From Promethearchaeota archaeon (lineage in GTDB: Archaea; Asgardarchaeota; Lokiarchaeia; Sigyniarchaeales; Promethearchaeaceae): a stretch of 32,000 bases of DNA. The DNA is taken from NCBI GenBank assembly GCA_016933055.1, contig JAFGBS010000028.1, positions 180,001 to 212,000 of the forward strand, written 5' to 3'. A model generated the notes under the pieces. It saw only the letters and a list, made by a program, of their open reading frames with translations. It did no database searches and was not told the origin of the DNA. How positions within the stretch are numbered: position 1 is the first letter of the stretch; every line of letters begins with the position of its first letter. The translations under genes were made by a program, and so were the position numbers. Below, piece by piece: positions 25,611 to 32,000 of this stretch.

Positions 25611-26729
25611 CTACAATCCAAATAAGTTAATTGACTTTTCCATTTTTTGCAATATTGGAACATTAAATGGACATCGAGACACGCATTCTCCACATTTTAC
25701 ACAATCGGAAGCTTTGGATTCCAGCATTGAATATTGCATTCTCACACTTTCAACATTTGTATATAAAGCTCTATCGTATAAACGGAAAACCTCCCCAATA
25801 TCAATTTTTTGTGGACATGGAGAACAATGATTACAATACACACACTGACCTTCTCGATATTCTTTGAATGATTTCAGAACTTCAGCATAATCCTTTTCCT
25901 CATCAGAAGCTGAATTGTAGGCAAGAACTTGATTTAATTCACCTAAATTTTTTACACCTGGCAACGCAATAGCTAAACCCGGTTGGGAAAGCACATAATG
26001 TAGACATTGAATGGGAGATATGGAAGTTTTAATGGTCTTCTTTAGACCTTTCGAGCCGCGCTGATAGCCTGCTATATTCACAGAACCTTGCATAAGTAAT
26101 CTCCCTCCCGCGAATGGTTTCATCGCAATTACACCGACATTGTGTTGAGCGCAAATCGCAAGAGCTCGGTTCCGATTTTCCATCCCATTATTGGCTAAAT
26201 TTATTTGAAACATAATAACATCGCAAACCCCTTTTTGTGCGGCTTGGATGGCTACATTAGCGTCATGAGTACTCATACCAATGAATTGTATTCTTCCAAG
26301 TTCCTGAAACTCTCGTGCTAAATCAAAAACTCCATTCTCTTGACAGCATTGTTCGAATTGCTTTTCATTCATTACAAAATGAACCATACCGATATCTGCA
26401 TAATCAGTACCTAAAATATTAGTATAACGGTCAAAATTTCGAATAATTTTTCCTAAACTTCTTGTTTTTCGATATTTTCCTTCATGCTCCCCCGAACCGA
26501 GATGGTGTGTTAATATTAAATTTTCTCGATTAAGGTCCTTAATCGCATGCCGAATATTCTGCAAAAAAGGTTCAAAATTATACACAAGATCGAAATAATT
26601 TATACCTTGATCGAATGCATTGTTAATTACAGCATGCACTAATTCTCGGGGTTGATTGTTCAACCATTCGCATCCCAATCCTATTCTACTTACCTTAAGA
26701 GCTGTTTTTCCAAGAATAGAATAATCCAT
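25611..26729 (-). CDS. Aldo/keto reductase with a C-terminal 4Fe-4S dicluster
   Basis: LGKTALKVSRIGLG, GINYFD, IGMSTH, AMKPFAGG, CVYCNHCSPCP, CVKCGECVSRCP. ATG 26729 is preferred. Confidence 0.92.
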   Translation of the reverse strand: MDYSILGKTALKVSRIGLGCEWLNNQPRELVHAVINNAFDQGINYFDLVYNFEPFLQNIRHAIKDLNRENLILTHHLGSGEHEGKYRKTRSLGKIIRNFDRYTNILGTDYADIGMVHFVMNEKQFEQCCQENGVFDLAREFQELGRIQFIGMSTHDANVAIQAAQKGVCDVIMFQINLANNGMENRNRALAICAQHNVGVIAMKPFAGGRLLMQGSVNIAGYQRGSKGLKKTIKTSISPIQCLHYVLSQPGLAIALPGVKNLGELNQVLAYNSASDEEKDYAEVLKSFKEYREGQCVYCNHCSPCPQKIDIGEVFRLYDRALYTNVESVRMQYSMLESKASDCVKCGECVSRCPFNVPILQKMEKSINLFGL

Positions 26730-26920
26730 AGGAAACAAATAGCTATGACATTTTTTAATGAATTCTTATGAATTTTAAAACAATGAGTAAACTCAATATT
26801 CTGAGCAATGAGATTACTCTAATAATTATTTTTTTCTCCCATAAAAACATCAACAACTATTGTGAAGAATTTTATTTTACTATCCACATTCTCTTAATAA
26901 AGAATTTCAAGGTCGGAAAA

Positions 26921-27718
26921 ATGAGTGGGACAAATGACATAGTATTATTCGTAAATAATCTAAAGAAGCATTTTGAACAAGTTAAAGCTGTTGACGGTAT
27001 CTCTTTTTCAGTTAGAAAAGGAGAAATATACGGTTTATTGGGTCCTAATGGGGCAGGTAAAACTACTGCAATTAAAACCCTAATCGGTTTATTAGATCCC
27101 GACGAAGGGCAAATCGAACTATTAGGAGTCAACCCCTTTGTGGAAAATAATGAAAATCGTGTAAAATCGCTAATAGGATACGTTTCAGAAGAACCATTAC
27201 TTTATAAGAGCCTGACACCTCGAGAGCTGTTCAACTTTATCATTTCTGTTCGTCAATTGGATATTTCCGAGACTACTCGTATACTCAACAACTTGATGGA
27301 ATCTTTTGAAACGAACCAATATTATGATTCACCCATAATAACATTGAGTAAAGGAAATAAACAAAAAATGCAAATAATAGCTGCTCTTCTTCATGATCCA
27401 GAGCTTTTAATTATGGATGAACCTCTTGCGGGTTTGGATGCGAAGATGAGTCGAGTTATGAAAGACATCTTGAGAATTCATGTCTCAAATGGAGGCGGTG
27501 TCCTCCTTTCAACACATATTATGGAAGTGGCTCAAAATTTATGCACAAGGATCGGTATTATCGATAATGGTAAACTGGTGGCTGAGGGAACTTTAGATGA
27601 ATTACGAGAAGTCGCTCAAGCTGTCGGTGCTTCTTTAGAGGATGTGTTTTTAAAATTAACTGAAGAAGATGCATCGGTAAACTCTATTCTTGTTAAACTT
27701 AAGGAGACATTGAAGTGA
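26921..27718 (+). CDS. ABC transporter ATP-binding protein (ABC-2/exporter type)
   Basis: GPNGAGKTT, LSKGNKQK, LLIMDEP, LSTH. ATG 26921 is preferred over the longer ORF start at 26768. Confidence 0.95.
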   Translation: MSGTNDIVLFVNNLKKHFEQVKAVDGISFSVRKGEIYGLLGPNGAGKTTAIKTLIGLLDPDEGQIELLGVNPFVENNENRVKSLIGYVSEEPLLYKSLTPRELFNFIISVRQLDISETTRILNNLMESFETNQYYDSPIITLSKGNKQKMQIIAALLHDPELLIMDEPLAGLDAKMSRVMKDILRIHVSNGGGVLLSTHIMEVAQNLCTRIGIIDNGKLVAEGTLDELREVAQAVGASLEDVFLKLTEEDASVNSILVKLKETLK

Positions 27719-29493
27719 GTTCACAACAATCACAAACTTATCAATCACGAGTAAAACCGAATCCATGGAAATTATCGAAAATACTGCATAGGGAGGTGTT
27801 TCTTGATGGATCTATAGCCACGTCAGGTCCGCAGAAAGACCGACTTCTTGAGAGGATTCGGAATAGTAAGAGCTATCTACAAACAAGCGCTCTAATGATG
27901 AAAATTTTCTCTGCAATTTTTGCTTTAGCCATTTACATTCTTGCCTTTGTAGGAATGTCTAATGTAAATCCCGGGTCCGTTGAAAATACAATTTTCTCCT
28001 TATCTGCAACTATTGCAATGGTATTTGTATTTCAATTTATGTTTGTGTTCACATACGGCCTTATAGGATTAATTGGTTTCTTCAGCAGTTCCGCATTCAA
28101 GTATTTACGTACTCTTCCAATCTCGCAAAAGAAGGTTCAGGCGACTGTATATTTAACCTTTTTCAGATTAATTGATTGGCAAATAATTTCGATATTTATT
28201 GGTTTCCCTCTATTATCTGGGGTCGTTATTTGGATGACTACGAAATCTTGGTTAAAAATTCTTTTAACTGTCACAATTTCCTCGATTGTTTCGTTTGTAA
28301 ATGTAATATTTTTGTTTTCCTTGATGCTATCCATTTCATTATATATATCTCGCAAGCTCTATCGACCAACGGGAACAACAAAAGCTCAAACAATCCTTCA
28401 AATAATCGTAACTCTTCTATATGCGATTGTGAGTCTAGGTGCAGGTTTAGCCATTACTTATTTGTTAGAAATAATAGAAAGAGGTTTCGTAATTGGACCC
28501 AACGGTTCACTTATTAACTTACTCTTAAACTTTATTCTTTATCCATTTGGTTTGACTTATTTGCATGCAATATTGACGACAGGAGTTTTAATTGGTTGGA
28601 ATTATATTTCTGTTCAATCGATACTTATACCAATCGTGGGATTTCTACTAACCACAGGATTTACATATCTTATCTATCGTCGAAGTATGGGAATTTTGTC
28701 ATCTTTAACTAAAGATGAAGTATATTCTTCGAAACGGATATCTTCGAAAGATTTTGTCATCAAATTAGATGTATTGTCTCCTTTTAAGGCAATCTATAAA
28801 AAAGATATTACCTATATATTCCGGAATTTTTCCGCTACCCTGTATTTTATCTTTCCGATATTGATGCCCTTAGTATTACTTATCCAAATTTTTGGTACAC
28901 CTTCTACCCAAATCTACTTTGATTTCTTTCAGATTCCTTTATTCACGTTTTTTTATTCTGGAATGACCATTTCTTTTGGAATTATGGCTGTGACAGCTCC
29001 AGAATCTGAGACAGGAGGATTATTATATATTTTACCCGTAAAGATGAAAGATTTGTTCCGTGCAAAAAGACGGATATTATATTTATCTATGTCCCTCTCT
29101 GCTATTGCACCTGTATTGATTATGCTAATATACCCTTTAGTAGGGAAATTTCCCGTAGATGCTTTTCTTCCAGGTATTATAATCGCAATAAATTTCTTGA
29201 TTATTTATTTCTATGGATCGGAATTGTCTTTGATTCTATACAGTGTTTTTTTTGGGAAAATACGTAATAAATACACCTTACAAATGGTTAATGTGAAAAA
29301 AAAAATCGGTAAAATCATATTAGGCATCATAATTTTGTATATTGTATGCTATTTTCCATTGGTCGTAGGATTTTTTCTTGGATTATATCTTGGAGAGTCG
29401 ATCCTAAATGGTAGTATGATTATGTGTGGTATATCTTTTCTGATATTTTGTGTCATAAGAATGGTAGCTGTTAAATTATTCAATTCCCATTAG
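27715..29493 (+). CDS. ABC-2-type membrane permease subunit
   Basis: 592 aa with two blocks of transmembrane segments, each carrying the YLRTLPI / LYILPV motif. The GTGA start overlaps the ATPase stop. Confidence 0.85.
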   Translation: MSSQQSQTYQSRVKPNPWKLSKILHREVFLDGSIATSGPQKDRLLERIRNSKSYLQTSALMMKIFSAIFALAIYILAFVGMSNVNPGSVENTIFSLSATIAMVFVFQFMFVFTYGLIGLIGFFSSSAFKYLRTLPISQKKVQATVYLTFFRLIDWQIISIFIGFPLLSGVVIWMTTKSWLKILLTVTISSIVSFVNVIFLFSLMLSISLYISRKLYRPTGTTKAQTILQIIVTLLYAIVSLGAGLAITYLLEIIERGFVIGPNGSLINLLLNFILYPFGLTYLHAILTTGVLIGWNYISVQSILIPIVGFLLTTGFTYLIYRRSMGILSSLTKDEVYSSKRISSKDFVIKLDVLSPFKAIYKKDITYIFRNFSATLYFIFPILMPLVLLIQIFGTPSTQIYFDFFQIPLFTFFYSGMTISFGIMAVTAPESETGGLLYILPVKMKDLFRAKRRILYLSMSLSAIAPVLIMLIYPLVGKFPVDAFLPGIIIAINFLIIYFYGSELSLILYSVFFGKIRNKYTLQMVNVKKKIGKIILGIIILYIVCYFPLVVGFFLGLYLGESILNGSMIMCGISFLIFCVIRMVAVKLFNSH

Positions 29494-29561
29494 GTAAGAT
29501 ATATTAAAAGGATGAGATTTCATCCTCATATTTTCAATATCAACTAGATAGGTAATACAAT

Positions 29562-30746
29562 ATGACCACATCGATTGCCTTAGAAGATACTGTAATTTTG
29601 TGGGATTGTTCCCGTTCAATGATTCGTACGGATTTTAAACCCAATCGACTTAGAACCATTCAGAAATTAATAAAATTATTTATCGAACATAAAATTGCAA
29701 AAGATCCGAAAGACTCGATAGCGATCGCAGCGATAGGCACACGTATAATTAAATTATCGGATTTTTCTAATAATTCCGATTTTTTAACCAAACAATTGAA
29801 TAAGTTGGAAATATCTGGTAATGCAAACATGGTAGATGGGATTGCATTTGCATTACAAATGCTTGTAAAGAAGATCCGTCATTTGGGTGGATCCAATCAA
29901 CGTGTTATTATATTTACCGATAGTTCCAAACCAGATATTGATCAAGACCGGATGGAGAAGATTACAAAAGCAGCACAAGGTCTTGGGGTTTACATAGATA
30001 TTTGCCAGTTAGGTTTATCAGAAATTGATCGAGCTTTAAATCCATTCAGAAAACTTGCCAATGCAACAAATTCTGAGTATGGATTTTTCACCAACGCTAA
30101 AGCACTATATCGAGCAGCGGAAGGATTTGCTAGCAAAAAAGCCCCTCCCGATACCGATTACTTTGATCCGAACAAAGACAAGAAATTACCACGATTGATG
30201 GCAGAGATTGCAGTAGATTTACGCAGACCTACCATTGGAGAAATTCGGGATATGATGTCTAAAGTAGATCATAAATGTCAGATCTGCTATCAAAATACAT
30301 GTCCCGTATGTAACAATCCGTTTTATTCGTGTGGTAGGTTCTGTCCCTCTTGTAGTCGCCCTATTCATCTCCATTGTGCATCAATGTGGTCGGATCGAGA
30401 AAATTCGGAATTTGCTGATAAAACGGTATTCCGTTGTCCAAATTGCTTCTTCTTGCTAAAAGTTCCACATTCTGTTCAACAGTTGATGAAAATTACTGGA
30501 GGACAGTCTATAAAAGTGACAGATGAAGAAGGTTTTGCCGGAAAACCCATTCAGATGACTAAAGTCCCTGATAATATAGTAGAAAATATAGAAGATGCAT
30601 GTTCGTACTGTAGCAATATCTTTACAGGACAAGAAGCGGTATATCAATGCTCGTGTAGTGCGTATTATCATCAATCTTGTCTAGAGCATATGTATAAAGA
30701 AATAAAATCATGTAGGAATTGTGGTGGTTTAATAACTCCAAAATGA
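29562..30746 (+). CDS. vWA-domain protein (Ssl1/p44-Rpn10-like) with two C-terminal C4HC3 RING-like zinc fingers
   Basis: WDCSRSMIRTDFKPNRL, QRVIIFTDS, GVYIDICQLG. Finger 1: CQIC..CPVC..C..CPSC-x4-HLHC..CPNC. Finger 2: CSYC-x12-CSC-x4-HQSC-x10-CRNC. Confidence 0.85.
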   Translation: MTTSIALEDTVILWDCSRSMIRTDFKPNRLRTIQKLIKLFIEHKIAKDPKDSIAIAAIGTRIIKLSDFSNNSDFLTKQLNKLEISGNANMVDGIAFALQMLVKKIRHLGGSNQRVIIFTDSSKPDIDQDRMEKITKAAQGLGVYIDICQLGLSEIDRALNPFRKLANATNSEYGFFTNAKALYRAAEGFASKKAPPDTDYFDPNKDKKLPRLMAEIAVDLRRPTIGEIRDMMSKVDHKCQICYQNTCPVCNNPFYSCGRFCPSCSRPIHLHCASMWSDRENSEFADKTVFRCPNCFFLLKVPHSVQQLMKITGGQSIKVTDEEGFAGKPIQMTKVPDNIVENIEDACSYCSNIFTGQEAVYQCSCSAYYHQSCLEHMYKEIKSCRNCGGLITPK

Positions 30747-30750
30747 AATC

Positions 30751-30986
30751 TTATTTGGTTTTTTCAGTGATTCCACGATTTTTATTCCATAAATTCTCCT
30801 CTAAATCTGCTACTCGAAGATTGATAGCAGTCAACATTTTTTCCAATTCCTCCACTTTTTTACATAATTTCAATTGCGATTTCGCTAATTGATCTTCAAT
30901 GAAGCTAATGGCTTCGACAATATTATGTATATCTTTATGTTTTATGAGGATTCCCCCCTAACTTGGATATCAATCCTATCACTCAT
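30751..30986 (-). pseudogene. Small coiled-coil protein gene interrupted by a one-base frameshift at a G6 run
   Basis: ATG 30986 opens MSDRIDIQVR. A 68-codon open frame (GGILIKHKD...KKVEELEKMLTAINLRVADLEENLWNK...TK*) begins within the run at 30953-30958. One extra G joins them into a 78-aa ORF. Confidence 0.55.
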
Positions 30987-31175
30987 AAGGAGGTTATTAT
31001 GGCAATCAAATTAATAGTTAAATTATTGTGAAAGTTAGCCGAAATTTTCCAAAAAAAAATTCAACAATTTCCAGTCCCTAAAACGAAAAATTTGGGATTA
31101 GTTCTAAAAAAATTCCAATACTTCAAATATTTAGTTTCTCCCCTTCTCTTTCTTATTAGAAAGTTCTAGAGGCGA

Positions 31176-31790
31176 GTGATGATCATGGAAGATTTAGGTA
31201 ATTTATCTTATAATAATGGAAAAAAATGCCTAGTTGTCTCCAAAAAAATCATCATCTTAGGAGAAGGGGGTACAGGTAAAACAACCTTGCTCCTTCGATA
31301 TACTACAGGAAAGTTTTCTGAAGATACAAAAATGACAGTTGGTTCGGACTTTTTTGTGAAGAAAATTAAGTTTGAACACGGCAATTGCGATGTATATTTG
31401 AAACTCTTGTTATGGGATTTTGCAGGGGAAGCACGATTTCGCTTCTTGTTAAGCGATTATACACGGGGAAGCGATATAATATTAGTTGCTTTTGATTTAT
31501 CGCGTATGAAATCTATTTATCATCTTGTAGATTGGATGGAAGTACTTGAATCGGCTCGAACCTACCAAAATAAAACACCTATCTACTTGATTGGAAATAA
31601 ATACGATCTAGTGCAAAAATATCAAGAACCTGATTATGAGTATATTAATAAATGGATTCATGATTATCACGTATCCAAATATTTTGAAACCTCTTCTAGA
31701 ACTGGATATAATGTTGAAGAATTGTTTTGTGATATCACCCGTACTTTAATCGAAAATTCCAAACAAAAAGCTTCATTCTTATGGATATAA
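31176..31790 (+). CDS. Rab/Ras-like small GTPase
   Basis: G1 GEGGTGKTT, G2 MTVGSDF, G3 WDFAGE, G4 NKYD, G5 ETSSR. The start may be ATG 31179 or 31185. Confidence 0.95.
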   Translation: MMIMEDLGNLSYNNGKKCLVVSKKIIILGEGGTGKTTLLLRYTTGKFSEDTKMTVGSDFFVKKIKFEHGNCDVYLKLLLWDFAGEARFRFLLSDYTRGSDIILVAFDLSRMKSIYHLVDWMEVLESARTYQNKTPIYLIGNKYDLVQKYQEPDYEYINKWIHDYHVSKYFETSSRTGYNVEELFCDITRTLIENSKQKASFLWI

Positions 31791-31880
31791 ATTATTTTTT
31801 TCTCATGAGATTATCCATATTTACCAATTTTTTAATTACTCAAAAACTATGCTATCGCTTAGCATATAGAAGTTCGAATT

Positions 31881-32000
31881 TTGCATTCTGAGATCAAATA
31901 TAGCACTTATATTGGGGGGATTACTTTGAATATGGTCGAGGAATTGAAATCAATAGTCAAGGAGTGATATATGTTACTGGTACAACATCGTCATCTGATT
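31881..32000 (+). pseudogene. SBBP-type beta-propeller repeat fragment, frameshifted, partial at the right edge
   Basis: One frame gives IKYSTYIGG (31893-31919) and the adjacent frame gives DYFEYGRGIEINSQGVIYVTGTTSSSD. Together these match the YSTYLGG...GxGIAVDxxGxxYVTGxTxSxDF repeat. The break is at the G6 run 31914-31919, and upstream frames contain stops. Confidence 0.55.

Noticed and set aside
26768-26920. 51-aa N-terminal extension of the ABC ATPase
   Set aside because: It is AT-rich and resembles intergenic sequence. It would leave almost no room for two divergent promoters, and the domain starts after ATG 26921.
29509-29526. 7-bp hairpin AGGATGA-GATT-TCATCCT between the permease and the vWA gene
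   Set aside because: It is short enough to arise by chance and has no second copy. It could be a minor terminator or operator but this is unsupported.
880-30674. Short antisense or alternate-frame ORFs in the track (e.g. 880-1065, 1098-1328, 3166-3480, 3233-3508, 4089-4346, 8541-8795, 9489-9677, 11438-11637, 12768-13013, 19450-20045, 22517-22753, 23447-24252, 24825-25034, 25667-25867, 26872-27132, 28137-28517, 30456-30674)
   Set aside because: All lie within well-supported genes and show no recognisable motifs. They are treated as shadow ORFs.
30987-31031. Perfect AAGGAGG followed by a 10-codon ORF (MAIKLIVKLL, 30999-31031) upstream of the second GTPase
   Set aside because: It is too short to support without ribosome profiling and overlaps the likely promoter of the opposite-strand gene.
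1-32000. tRNA, rRNA, CRISPR array, IS element or prophage
   Set aside because: I saw no cloverleaf or T-loop signatures, regularly spaced repeats, transposase, integrase or viral genes by eye. A covariance-model scan would be needed to exclude small RNAs.

Overview
Low-GC archaeal chromosome segment, most likely from an Asgard archaeon (Lokiarchaeia/Promethearchaeota-like). This is inferred from archaeal-type L10e, MetRS, ArgRS and deoxyhypusine synthase, together with two Rab-like small GTPases, V4R/TRAPP-like proteins and RING-type zinc fingers. About 26 genes are present. Housekeeping genes (metG, rpl10e, rdgB, argS, dys, an ABC exporter) are interspersed with three loci of interest. (1) A head-to-head locus at 5.6-9.2 kb: a Rab-like GTPase is translationally coupled to a catalytically dead KaiC/RAD55-V4R fusion and a membrane protein, and is divergent from a coiled-coil/polyproline protein ending in a WH2- or MIM1-like helix. 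(2) A four-gene oxidoreductase operon at 18.6-25.4 kb joins a HydABC/Bfu-type NuoEFG module to NfnAB through a NuoG-NfnA gene fusion, giving two candidate electron-bifurcation centres. (3) A Ssl1(p44)/Rpn10-like vWA protein with two C4HC3 RING-like fingers at 29.6-30.7 kb. Features missed by the ORF track are a partial membrane-protein gene at the left edge, an N-terminal extension without a canonical start on the V4R gene at 15.0 kb, and two small genes each broken at a G6 run near the right edge. No rRNA, tRNA, CRISPR array or mobile element was recognised. All family assignments come from motif recognition by eye, not from database searches.
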